A stretch of 64,000 nucleotides of DNA from Dehalococcoidia bacterium (GCA_963665775.2 CAXXTF010000002.1:832001-896000), one strand, 5' to 3'; numbered from the stretch's first letter, positions 9,645-19,544 are shown. Notes: generated by a model from the sequence alone, not told the origin. Numbers and translations are program-made.

Positions 9645-10409
9645 TCAAGCCGGCCCGCCGAGGTACTTCTCGAAAAAGGCAAATAGCTTCTCCCAGCCAT
9701 CGACGGCTTGCTCCTGCCGGTATGAGGACCGGTTATAGTAAAAGAAGCCGTGGCCGGCTCCGGGATAGATGTGGAATTCATAGGTCTTGCCGTGCTTCTT
9801 GAGCTCCTGCTCATGCTGCGCCACCTGATCCGCCGTGGGGCCCCGGTCATCCTCACCGAACAGGCCCAACAGCGGGCACGCGAGGTCTGCCGTGTAGTCG
9901 ATCGGGGCGACCGGCAGTTTCTCGGTCAGATCCTCTTGTGACATGACGACACGCCCCCCCCAGCAGTCTACGGCGGCGTCAAACCCCTTCACCCGGCAGG
10001 CTACGAGGACGGTGTGTCGACCGCCCGAGCAGGTCCCGATCACGCCAACCTTGCCGGCGCTATAGGGCAGCGAACGCAAGTACCTCATCCCACCCTCCAC
10101 ATCACCCACCACCTGCTCGTCGGACACGCCCCCAGCCGCACGGACCCTGGCAGCGACGTCTTCTGGCGTCCCATGCCCATCGCGATAGTAGAGGTTGGGG
10201 CATATGGCGGCGTAGCCGTTGTGGGCAAACCTGCGTGTGGTCTCCTTATACCATTCATCCCATCCGGGGATATGGTGAATCAGCACGACACCGGGGAACG
10301 GCCCGGCGCCCAGAGGGCGGGCGACATACGCGTTTATGAGATCGCCGTTATGTCCTGGAATCGTGACCGTTTCCGCCAGCATACCTTCGTACATGTCTGT
10401 TTGGTACAT
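9645..10409 (-). CDS. Dienelactone hydrolase family protein
   Basis: Nucleophile GTCSGG, GEDD, GAGHGF. Confidence 0.92.
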   Translation of the reverse strand: MYQTDMYEGMLAETVTIPGHNGDLINAYVARPLGAGPFPGVVLIHHIPGWDEWYKETTRRFAHNGYAAICPNLYYRDGHGTPEDVAARVRAAGGVSDEQVVGDVEGGMRYLRSLPYSAGKVGVIGTCSGGRHTVLVACRVKGFDAAVDCWGGRVVMSQEDLTEKLPVAPIDYTADLACPLLGLFGEDDRGPTADQVAQHEQELKKHGKTYEFHIYPGAGHGFFYYNRSSYRQEQAVDGWEKLFAFFEKYLGGPA

Positions 10410-10690
10410 TTGTCCCTTCCTTCCCTACGATGCGAGCAGAGAGCCTCAATCTGGTCGCGAGCGAGGTAAGACGGCCCTCAACCGTCTAACGACCGTATAA
10501 CGCCTATCAACCTCCGCGCCGTTCGATGGTTCCGCGATTCAGCTTCCTCTGCTTCGGTCATGACTCGCTCGGCTCCGCTTCGGAGTCTTTACCAGGATAC
10601 TACCTATCCGTCGCTTTCGCATACGCTCGATGATCCGCAGTGCCAGATGGTTCAGGCCTGGCGGCCGCTGACCTGCTAGTATGGTAGGGA

Positions 10691-11665
10691 TTGGAGAGCA
10701 CCGATCCGATGGAGAGTGACGAGCTCACGGAGATTGAGCGGCAGACGGTAGAGGTCGTCTGGGAAGCCGGACGTATCCTCCTCTCGCGCTTCCGCCAGCC
10801 GCTCAAAGTGGAGTGGAAGGGCAGCCGAGAAGGTACTGATCCCGTGACAGAGGTCGACCACGAGGTGGAGGCGTTCGTCCGTGAGGAGCTGGCGCGCCGA
10901 TTCCCTTCGCACGCCCTGGTGGGCGAGGAGGGCGCGGGCGCTGAAGGTAAGCCAGAGCCCTGGACCTGGGTCGTAGACCCTCTGGACGGCACTACGAACT
11001 TCATCAACGGCCTCCCAGCCTTCGCCTGTTCGATAGGACTGCTGGAGCGCGGCATTCCGGTCGTCGGGGCGATTTTCGTCCCCTGGCCGACTACCGAGGG
11101 TGCAATCGTCCTGCACGCCCGCTCCGGCGGAGGCACCTACGTAGGCGACCAGGCCCTCACGCTCTCCGCTGACCCCGCCCTACCTGGCCGACTGGTTGTC
11201 CTACCACGAGGGCCATTCCGGCTCCGCGCTCCACCAAACCATGGCTCAGACCAGCGGCGCAGCGTTGGCAGCATCGCATACGAGCTGGCCGCTACCGCCC
11301 TGGGCACCTACCGCTTTGTGCTGTTCGGCTCTCCGAAGGTCTGGGACGTAGCCGCTGGGGTGCTGCTTGTTAAGGAGGCCGGGGGAGCAGTCATGACACT
11401 CCCCAAGGGCAGCAAATCCTGGGAACCATTTGACGCGTTCGCTCTCGATGAGCAGCCAGGAGCTGACGAACCTGAGTCTCAGATGCCTCGGCAGGAGCAG
11501 CTGAGAAACTGGGCGCGCCCCATACTTGCGGGCACGGTCTCGGCCGTGGAGGAGACCGCAGCTCGTATCGTCCCCTACCGCCCGCTGCTGCCGCGCGCAA
11601 TGGGCATGGTGCGCCGTGCCATTCGTCCCAGGGCCAAGCGACAGAAAACGACGGGGCAGGCCTAA
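10691..11665 (+). CDS. Inositol monophosphatase family protein
   Basis: DPVTEVD, GEE, WVVDPLDGTTNF, WDVAAG; start TTG 10691 or ATG 10709. Confidence 0.92.
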   Translation: MESTDPMESDELTEIERQTVEVVWEAGRILLSRFRQPLKVEWKGSREGTDPVTEVDHEVEAFVREELARRFPSHALVGEEGAGAEGKPEPWTWVVDPLDGTTNFINGLPAFACSIGLLERGIPVVGAIFVPWPTTEGAIVLHARSGGGTYVGDQALTLSADPALPGRLVVLPRGPFRLRAPPNHGSDQRRSVGSIAYELAATALGTYRFVLFGSPKVWDVAAGVLLVKEAGGAVMTLPKGSKSWEPFDAFALDEQPGADEPESQMPRQEQLRNWARPILAGTVSAVEETAARIVPYRPLLPRAMGMVRRAIRPRAKRQKTTGQA

Positions 11666-12387
11666 ATCCACGGCCAGGGAACACCACCCTCGTAGGGCTC
11701 CAAGAAGTGTTGCCGGGCCAGAATGGCCGCCAGCCGTCCTGTCAGGGCTTCTATCTCGGGCGACGTCAGCAGGTCTGACAATTCGGCCAGCGGGCCCTCT
11801 AATCGCTCCAACAGGAGGCCTAATCGCTCCAAATCCATCAGGAATTGCTCCGGGATAGGAAGACCCGCGAAGTCCCAGATGACCGTCCGTAGCTTTGGCA
11901 CGGCGTGAAACGTCAGCCCATGGTCGATGCCCCAGATGGTACCTTCCGGAGATAGCAAGCAGTGACCAGCCTTGCGGTCAGCGTTGTTGGCCAGCCAATC
12001 AAAGAGGAACATGCGCTGAAAGTCCAGAGGATACTTGTCCCTGAGCGTGAAGTAGTGGCGGCTCGGGTCGTGGTCAACGTAGAGCTGCACAGAGCCAGCC
12101 CCATAGGGGCCATCGCGGACAATTGTCGGCGGCACGAAGTGCCACCCGAGCGCTTCGGCTAAGAGGAAAGAGGCCCGCTCACGATTGGAAAGGCTGCCGT
12201 AAGGAAAGTCCCGCAGAGGATTCTCGCCCTGTCCGGGCTTGTAGATGGCGTCGCAACTGGCGCCGTCGTCACCCTCCATCGACACTAAATACGTGTAGTT
12301 GGAGCTGCGCGGGACGAGCGCGCAGGACGTAATGCTTCCGCGCTGCAATAGACCAAGCAGGCTCCCCTGCTGACCGTAATCGTTCAC
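11662..12387 (-). CDS. SCO1664-family PI3/4-kinase-like protein
   Basis: SNYT, IYKP, RERA, VPPT..RDGPYG.GSVQ, NNADRKAGH, IDHGLTFH, KLRTVIW. Confidence 0.85.
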   Translation of the reverse strand: MNDYGQQGSLLGLLQRGSITSCALVPRSSNYTYLVSMEGDDGASCDAIYKPGQGENPLRDFPYGSLSNRERASFLLAEALGWHFVPPTIVRDGPYGAGSVQLYVDHDPSRHYFTLRDKYPLDFQRMFLFDWLANNADRKAGHCLLSPEGTIWGIDHGLTFHAVPKLRTVIWDFAGLPIPEQFLMDLERLGLLLERLEGPLAELSDLLTSPEIEALTGRLAAILARQHFLEPYEGGVPWPWI

Positions 12388-12591
12388 TCTTTACCGGTGC
12401 TTCTAGAGCGCCTCGTATCTACATTTGTCACTCAAGCATTATAGGCCATCTCCCCGCGCCCGCAGAAGCCGGGCCAGTTCCTCGCTCCGAGCCTCCAGGT
12501 AGCGCTCCATCGTTAACGACGGTTTATCAGCCAAACGGGCGGCGATTTTATAGACATTGAGGCATAATACGAGAGACCAGTATCCTATACT

Positions 12592-12614
12592 AATGATAGG
12601 CCCACCCTATCATT
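12592..12614. promoter_or_regulatory. Inverted repeat with ATAG-N7-CTAT core; probable LysR operator
   Basis: AATGATAGG-cccac-CCTATCATT perfect 9-bp arms fitting the T-N11-A rule, upstream of lysR. Confidence 0.6.
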
Positions 12615-12693
12615 GGCTAGAGAGAAGCTGACCTCTGCTTGCCCTAAGGTCACTAAAACATCCTGGCAGGTGCGAAAGGGGATGTGAAGAAAA

Positions 12694-13596
12694 ATGGAAC
12701 TGACACAGTTAGAGGCGCTCCTAGAGGCGGCCCACTGGGGAAGCTTTCGCCGCGCCGCCGAGGCCCTCCTCCTGGCTCAGCCGTCGCTCAGCGAGCGGAT
12801 CAAGAAGCTAGAGAAAGAGATGGGCCAGCCCCTCTTCAACCGCATGGGCCGAGGCGTGACCCTCACGGAATCCGGCAAGACCTTCTTGCCGTTCGTGGAG
12901 CAGGCGTTAGCAACCCTGCGCCAGGGGCGGGAAGCCCTTCAAGCCCTGCAACCTGGCTCGGAGGACTTGCTGCAGGTCGGCACCGCCCGCGCCATCGGGA
13001 CATACGTGCTGCCAGACGTGATCGCCAAGTTCCGCGAGCGCTACTCCGTAGACGTCCACATGCGGTCCGGGCGCTCTACGGAGGTCCTTCAGATGGTCTT
13101 AGACGAGGAGGTCCACGTAGGCGTGGCCCGCGCTCTGACCCACCCGGCGATCGAGGCCTTTCACCTCTACGATGAAGAGATTGTGCTGGTAACCTATCCC
13201 CGCCATCCCTTTGCAGAGGCAGGAGAGGCCAGCATCTACGACGTGGCCAGAGAACCCCTCATCCTATACGACCGAGATTCCTTCTACTTCGTCATGATCG
13301 AGCGCGTATGCCATGAAGCGGGCATCGTCCCCAGAGTGTTGATGATGCTCGATAGCATCGAGGCTACCAAGCAGATGGTGCAACGAGGCCTGGGAATCTC
13401 TTTCCTGCCCCTCAACTCCATCCGCCGAGAGACTGAATGGGGCTCACTGGCTCACGTGCCTTTGGCGGAACGCCATCGGGTTACCCTGGGCAGCGAGGCG
13501 ATGGTGCTCCGCAAGCGGCCCCGCAGCCAGCTGGTCCAAGCGTTCCTCATGACCCTTCGAGAGGAGCTGGGCGGCGGTTCCGTAATAGCCCCATGA
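12694..13596 (+). CDS. LysR-family transcriptional regulator
   Basis: N-terminal HTH GSFRRAAEALLLAQPSLSERIKKLE, LFNR..RGVTLTESG; substrate-binding domain. Confidence 0.96.
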   Translation: MELTQLEALLEAAHWGSFRRAAEALLLAQPSLSERIKKLEKEMGQPLFNRMGRGVTLTESGKTFLPFVEQALATLRQGREALQALQPGSEDLLQVGTARAIGTYVLPDVIAKFRERYSVDVHMRSGRSTEVLQMVLDEEVHVGVARALTHPAIEAFHLYDEEIVLVTYPRHPFAEAGEASIYDVAREPLILYDRDSFYFVMIERVCHEAGIVPRVLMMLDSIEATKQMVQRGLGISFLPLNSIRRETEWGSLAHVPLAERHRVTLGSEAMVLRKRPRSQLVQAFLMTLREELGGGSVIAP

Positions 13597-13762
13597 TCCG
13601 GGGGCGGCCGAAACCGACCTGGGCTGGCCCTAAATCGGGCAGCCGCTTGAACGGATGACCGCTCGACTGATTACATCGCGGACCGTACCGGCCTAGGAGA
13701 TTCGAGTGGGTTCGCGCAGAAACACTCACGGGAAAGAGGCGGCAGGGACAGATGTGCCCTGC

Positions 13763-14633
13763 TCAGCCATCGTCACGTTGCCTACGCAAGAACTCTTCTA
13801 GATCAGTGATGATCTCGCTAGATCGCGGCAGCTCAGGCTGGTTTATCCCAGCATCGAGGCGCCGCTCGAGCTCGGCAATATACGACTTCACTTCATCGTT
13901 GTTCGCCAGGGCCTGATCTACCCCCCGGAGGAACGTGTCGCTGGCCTCGGCTAGGCGGGCCAGGTCGGGCCCGAACGCCAGGAGCCGATCCAGCGCCTGC
14001 AGCAGCACCAGCGCCCCCTGCGGGTTCACACTGTTGCCCAGGTAGGCTGGGAGAGTGGCCCACAGCCCCGCCGACGACAGCTCGCGCCGGTGCCAGGCGT
14101 CATGGGAGGGTACCCACGATGCCGGTCGGCCCCTCATAGTCGGAGAACGAAGCGCCAAATGCCGCGAATTCGCGTTGCAGGGGAGCCTCCGTAGCAAAAC
14201 CGCTGATCCGCGGCGGGCGAGTATGGGGAGCGGCCCCGGCAATCGCACTAAGAGTGATAAGTCGGGAGCCATTCACCCGATCAAACAGATCGAGAACAGA
14301 TTCCGTGAAGCCTCGCCACTTGAGATGGGGCTCTCTTCCCAGGAGCAAGACAACGTCGCTATCGGCATCGTCACGTCGATAATAGAAGAAGCGGTTCAGG
14401 GGCCACCGGAGGTCGCGTAGGCCCTCCTCCGAGCCGCGAACGATCGGCCGCACAACGGTGAAGTCGAAGAAGTCCTCCGCGTCTATGTTAGCGAACGCTT
14501 CGGCTGACCAGGTCTCAACCAGATGACGCACCGCCAACGACCCAGCCTCGCCCGAATCGTTCCACCCACGGAACGCGGCGATGAATGTGGGCGCCCGCAG
14601 CGACGGAAGTCGATCTATCTGTAGAGGATTCAC
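13763..14633 (-). pseudogene. PAC2 (proteasome assembly chaperone)-family gene split by a single-base frameshift
   Basis: N-part AFRGWNDSGEA/PHTRP/YEGPTGIVG in one frame, C-part HDAW..SAGLWATLPAYL..NPQG..LEEFLR in another; one extra C near 14104 (CTC C CAT). Confidence 0.8.
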
Positions 14634-14692
14634 AGTTCGCCAGCCCCAGCCGGTATAGTCAGGCTGATTATAGCCCAACCGCCACACCTACT

Positions 14693-15397
14693 CTAGCGGG
14701 CCAGTTTTGCCGCCAACCGCCTAAATTTCAGGTTCGCCTGCCCTACCAATACACGCCCGTGCCCGAAGCAGGCGACGTCGAACTCCAGCTCCGCCAGCTT
14801 TCGGATGCTCTCCTTGGCCCGCGCCTGATCCAGCGTCATCATGGCATTGGGCATGCCCAGGCGAAGCGTGTTGGCCGCGGCGTCCCCCACGAACAGCACA
14901 CCCCTTGACGGCATGAGAAACGAAACGTGGCCCGGCGTGTGGCCGGGGGTATGTACCACCCTGACGCCGCCGCCGATCGGCAACTCATCCCCGTCCCCAA
15001 TCTCCACGTCCACCGCTGCGGCTGGCGGCTGGCCTAGGAAGCGAGCCAGCCACGGCCCGGCCAGCTTCCCCATGAGGCTCGATGGGTTCGGTCCCGGCTG
15101 CGGTTCAGTACCCCGCACGATCGGGCTGTCAGCGGGGTGCACGTACGATTTGGCGCCGGTTACGTTCTTCAGGTCAGCCAGATTGCCCACGTGATCGACG
15201 TGATGGTGGGTAATCAGGATGTGTCGGATATCCGATGGCTGTAGGCCCGCCGCCGCAGCTGCGGCCAAGATAGCACCCTTCCGCTTCGGTAGGCCAGCGT
15301 CCACCAGCACCAGGCCGTCATCGCTCACCACCAGGAAAGCGTTGACGAAGCTCATGGCGATGCCATAAACGCCGGGCACCACCTCCTCTGCCGCCAT
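14693..15397 (-). CDS. Metallo-beta-lactamase-fold hydrolase
   Basis: THHHVDHVG, TPGHTPGH, GDA, FGHG. Confidence 0.93.
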   Translation of the reverse strand: MAAEEVVPGVYGIAMSFVNAFLVVSDDGLVLVDAGLPKRKGAILAAAAAAGLQPSDIRHILITHHHVDHVGNLADLKNVTGAKSYVHPADSPIVRGTEPQPGPNPSSLMGKLAGPWLARFLGQPPAAAVDVEIGDGDELPIGGGVRVVHTPGHTPGHVSFLMPSRGVLFVGDAAANTLRLGMPNAMMTLDQARAKESIRKLAELEFDVACFGHGRVLVGQANLKFRRLAAKLAR

Positions 15398-15510
15398 GGC
15401 CGTCCCCTAACTGATCCCGTCCGACACGGTTCTACTCCTCCTCCACCAGACCGACAGCGTACTTCTCTGGATTCGAGACCTGACCTGCTCCCAAGCCGGC
15501 ATGAGCGACC

Positions 15511-16047
15511 TCACAGGCCGAGATGATAAGCCATCACTACTCGCCCCGGGATCGGCTCTATGTCAAACTGCGGCGCACGCTTGAACCCCATCCGCTCGTA
15601 CATACCGCGGGCTACGGCCATGACCTCCGTGGTGTGCAAGCCGACGTAACGAACGCCACGCTCGCGAGACCGCCGCAGGCACTCGGACATGAGTGCTCGG
15701 GCTACGCCTCGGCCTCTCGCCTCCGGCCGAACTGCCAGCAGCCGAATACCCGAATACCCTGGCGGCCAGCCCTCCACGGCAGACAGCGAAGCGTCAGGAT
15801 AGAAGGTTACGGCACCAATAATGGTGCCATTCCGCTCGGCAACTATGAGCTCAGACTCACCGAGCCGCTCGCGAACGTTAGCGACATTGCTGGCGTACGC
15901 CTCCCACACCTCCCGGGAAAAGGAGGCGGCGTACTCACTATACGCGGCGATGTTTACCGCTGAAACCTCGTCCAGCTCCCCCAAAGAAGCATCCCGTACG
16001 TGCAGCGGGTTGCTCTCGGACGCCGCCTCCAAGGACTCTCCACCCAT
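15511..16047 (-). CDS. GNAT N-acetyltransferase
   Basis: LAVRPEARGRGVA acetyl-CoA motif, MYERMGF. Confidence 0.9.
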   Translation of the reverse strand: MGGESLEAASESNPLHVRDASLGELDEVSAVNIAAYSEYAASFSREVWEAYASNVANVRERLGESELIVAERNGTIIGAVTFYPDASLSAVEGWPPGYSGIRLLAVRPEARGRGVARALMSECLRRSRERGVRYVGLHTTEVMAVARGMYERMGFKRAPQFDIEPIPGRVVMAYHLGL

Positions 16048-16219
16048 CCTAACTACGCTCTCCTACAACTATCCGGTACGTCTCGTCCCGCCCGATGGGC
16101 CGGAATCCGGCCCAACCTCCGCCGCGCCTGACCGTGTCGGCTCAGCCCCTCTATCCGCGACGAGGGGAGCATCGGCACTGGCCTAGCTGGGCGCCTCCGT
16201 GGCGATTCTGTCGGCGAAA

Positions 16220-16705
16220 CTACCTCTCGATCATGCCCTTGAGGAGCTTGAGGGAGCGCACCATCTTTTGGCCGTAGAACAAGCCGGGTTCATTTTGGTT
16301 CATGACATCCATCGGGCCGGGCAGGCCGGTTACGAATACTGGTACCCAGCCCGCCCAGGCCGGGATGGCCAGCGGGCCCTTGATACTGAGGCGAAGGGTG
16401 GCGCGGGTGCCGCCAAAGTCGCGCTCGGCCACGTGTTCCAAGACGACGCGGACACCGGGTGGGAAGGACGAGCTCAAGGTGACGGAGCGGCCGGCGCTGA
16501 TCTCGGTAACCTTCCAGGCGGTGCCTATCGGGCTCCCTTTCACGGCGGTACTCACCCGTGAGCCGAGAGCGAGAGGGCCATCCGTATGGGGTTTCACGTT
16601 TCGCACGTGGGGGTTCCACTCCAGCCATCGGCTCAAGTCTAGATACGCCTCATAGACCCGATCAGGCGGAGCATCTATGAAGACAGAGCGTTCTGCGGGT
16701 CGCAT
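16220..16705 (-). CDS. SRPBCC (polyketide cyclase/dehydrase-like) protein
   Basis: SVFIDAPPDRVYE..DLSRWLEWNP N-terminus, C-terminal helix LKLLKGMIE. Confidence 0.8.
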   Translation of the reverse strand: MRPAERSVFIDAPPDRVYEAYLDLSRWLEWNPHVRNVKPHTDGPLALGSRVSTAVKGSPIGTAWKVTEISAGRSVTLSSSFPPGVRVVLEHVAERDFGGTRATLRLSIKGPLAIPAWAGWVPVFVTGLPGPMDVMNQNEPGLFYGQKMVRSLKLLKGMIER

Positions 16706-16849
16706 GTAGAATTTTTCCTTCCTAGAGGCTAGCTAAGGCGGCGGCGAGTGCGGGCACCGCGCACTCATCGTGAAACCGACGGGCTTCCCGATTTTCCCGA
16801 TCCCGTGTGCGAGCGTCGCTGCCTTTCCGGTCCCCTTATCGATGCCGAA

Positions 16850-16878
16850 AGGGTATGGCAGCCATGGTTACCTGTCAA
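16850..16878 (-). promoter_or_regulatory. Sigma70-type promoter for the SRPBCC gene
   Basis: TTGACA-17 nt-TACCCT on the minus strand. Confidence 0.5.
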
Positions 16879-17360
16879 CCTTTAACCTCCATGCGGTGTC
16901 ATCTGAAGCGTAGCGCCGGCGGGGAGCACGAGCCGCTGTGACCGCTACGGAACGGGGCGCCGGGCTGCGCATTGCTACCAGGGCAAACCGCAGCACCCTC
17001 TTCACCGTCCCGCCCAGAAGCTAGAGGCTCTCGCTTTTACAACGTGAAAATGAACTCTTACCTACCGTGTCAATAAATAATATCATAGGTCTCACCGCTT
17101 TTGGATGCGGCTTCAGCTACCTGACTAGGGTCGGACTGATTCGAATCCAGTGTGCCTGGCTCGACCGGCCCGAAGCGATAGGTTCGGATGTTATCAGCCT
17201 CATTGTCATCGATAGCGGGTAATCACGACACTGAGCTCGTATTCGGGTTAGCTGAGGAGACTCGATTGCCTTTCTCTCGTACCACCATATAGAATGGCCG
17301 ACGTGAAGCCGTATATCTATATGTTCCCACGGGTCATTCCATAGGGACTACGACGCAGCG

Positions 17361-18704
17361 ATGAAACTCCCGTTTATCCACAGAGAGCAGGCGCTCCCTG
17401 GAACAGCGGCGGGTACTGACAGGCGCGGCCGGGGCATCTTCTACGGCTGGTGGATCGTTGCCGCCGGGGCCGTGATCTGGGTCTTCAACGGCATGACCTA
17501 CTCCTACGGCCTCAGCGTGTTCTACACCAGCATCATTCACGACGTTGGCTGGACGAGGACCCAGCTGGCCGGCGCAATCTCCCTCTCCAGGCTCGAGAGC
17601 GGTCTGCTGGGCGGGCTCGGCGGCTTCCTCGTCGACAAGTTCGGGCCCAGACCGGTGATGCTCTTCGGCATTACTATGATGTCCCTGGGCTTCATCGCCC
17701 TGTCGATGGTCCACACCCTTCTCCAGTTCTATCTCGTCTTCATCCTCATGGTAGCCGTCGGCAGCAGCCTCAGCCACGCCGTCCCCATAGACACCACGGC
17801 GGCCAACTGGTTCGTGAGGAAACGGGGCAGGGTCTTCGGCATCCTGAGGGGGGCTATCGCCGTGGGCGCCCTTGGCGTGACCCTCCTCGCCCTGTTCATC
17901 GAAGCGTATGGCTGGCGAACGGCATTCGTGGGGGTAGGCATCGGGACCTTCGCGTTGGGAATTCCCGCCGCTCTGATAATGCGGCGCCGGCCCGAGCACT
18001 ACGGCCTGCTACCCGACGGCGACCCGCGCCCGGAACTGAGCGCCGTCGATACGGTCGCCACGGACGCGGAGGCCGAACCCTCCTCCGCTGCAGCGACGGT
18101 AGACGAGGCCGCTGAGGAAGCGATAGGGCTGACCGGCCGCCAGGCCCTGAGGACCAGGGCCTTCTGGACGATCTCATTCGGGTTCGCCCTCCGCCTGATG
18201 GTCACCGGAGCCGTCACCCTGCACGCCATCCCCATCGTGGAGGACCTGGGCTACTCCCGTGCCGTGGCCGCCAGCGTCCTCGGCACCATCGGCATCACCA
18301 GCCTCACCGGCCGGCTGGGTGGCGGCTGGATCTGCGACCTCCTCGGCACCAAACGTGTGGTGGTCTTCAGTGTTTTTACCCTGGCCATCTCGGCCCTGGT
18401 CCTCGCCTTCGCCCAGAACCTCTGGATGGTGATGCTGTTCGTGGCCATCTACGCGCCGTCCTACGGAGCCCAAGCCGCGGCGATGCCTACCATGCGAGCG
18501 GACCACTTCGGCCGCCGCTCATACGGCGTCATCTCCGGCCTCTCCGGCATGGTCCAGACCACCGGATCGATGATCGGCCCCTTCTTCGCGGCCTACGTCT
18601 ACGACACGACGGGCAGCTACCAGATAGCGTTCCTCATCTTCGCAGTGCTTCTACTCATCTCCGCCGCTCTGTTCCTAACCTTGGAGCGTCCCCGCTATCG
18701 CTGA
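17361..18704 (+). CDS. MFS transporter (OFA/monocarboxylate-like)
   Basis: About 12 hydrophobic segments, motif A GFLVDKFGPR, IFYGWWIV, DHFGRRSYG. Confidence 0.93.
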   Translation: MKLPFIHREQALPGTAAGTDRRGRGIFYGWWIVAAGAVIWVFNGMTYSYGLSVFYTSIIHDVGWTRTQLAGAISLSRLESGLLGGLGGFLVDKFGPRPVMLFGITMMSLGFIALSMVHTLLQFYLVFILMVAVGSSLSHAVPIDTTAANWFVRKRGRVFGILRGAIAVGALGVTLLALFIEAYGWRTAFVGVGIGTFALGIPAALIMRRRPEHYGLLPDGDPRPELSAVDTVATDAEAEPSSAAATVDEAAEEAIGLTGRQALRTRAFWTISFGFALRLMVTGAVTLHAIPIVEDLGYSRAVAASVLGTIGITSLTGRLGGGWICDLLGTKRVVVFSVFTLAISALVLAFAQNLWMVMLFVAIYAPSYGAQAAAMPTMRADHFGRRSYGVISGLSGMVQTTGSMIGPFFAAYVYDTTGSYQIAFLIFAVLLLISAALFLTLERPRYR

Positions 18705-18848
18705 GACCGGGCAGCGAGCCCTACCAGCGGTATTACACCCGGAGTCCACAGGGCAGCACCGTTGCCGCTAGCGCCCCCCACGGATTACGATGCAGGCTAG
18801 ATGCAGAGCCGACTGGACATCTTATCCGCCGTAGGAGAGTGATCACCA

Positions 18849-19544
18849 GTGGAACCTGATAGGGCGATGGTCATTGTGGCCCACCCCGACGACGTCGAAT
18901 TCCTGGCCGCCGGCACCGTGGCCCTGTGGACTAAGGGAGGGACGGCGGTCACATTCGTAATCGTCACGAACGGTGACAAGGGTTCGGACGATCCAGATAT
19001 GACCAGCGAGCGACTCGTCGTCGTTCGTCGAGGCGAGCAGGAGCGGGCGGCGGAAAGCCTCGAGGTCAAGAGGGTTCTATTCCTGGACTACGAGGATGGC
19101 ATGCTCGAACCGACCCTCGAACTCCGCCGTGACCTTGCCCGTGTCATACGCATGCACCAGCCACACACCGTCGTCACCTTCGACCCGACCTCCCGCTTCA
19201 TTAGCGAGAACTATCCCAACCACCCGGACCATCGCGCTACTGGGGACGCAACCATTGATGCGGTCTTCCCCAGCGCCCGCGACCGCCTGACGTTCCCGGA
19301 ACTGCTGGCCGACGGTCTGGAGCCCCACAAGGTCAAAGAGCTGTGGCTGGGACCCAGCATCTGCACAAACCACTGGACCGATATCGAGTCCGTCATCGGG
19401 CAGAAGATCGCGGCCCTCCGCCATCACGAGAGCCAGCTAGCCGAGCTGCCGTTGGAGGAGTTCATTCCCGAGATGGCACGCGCTCAGGCCGAGAAGAGCC
19501 CCTACACCCTCGCTGAGGGCTTCCGTCGCGTCGAATTGGGATAG
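18849..19544 (+). CDS. PIG-L/LmbE family deacetylase
   Basis: AHPDD, TNGDKG, NHPDH, HESQ. Confidence 0.93.
   Translation: MEPDRAMVIVAHPDDVEFLAAGTVALWTKGGTAVTFVIVTNGDKGSDDPDMTSERLVVVRRGEQERAAESLEVKRVLFLDYEDGMLEPTLELRRDLARVIRMHQPHTVVTFDPTSRFISENYPNHPDHRATGDATIDAVFPSARDRLTFPELLADGLEPHKVKELWLGPSICTNHWTDIESVIGQKIAALRHHESQLAELPLEEFIPEMARAQAEKSPYTLAEGFRRVELG

Noticed and set aside
16740-16800. Cobalamin-riboswitch-like words (GGGAA, CGGTGCCCGCAC) in the SRPBCC leader
   Set aside because: The GCCACTG/ACTGT and B12-box elements are absent; kept only as an unclassified structured leader
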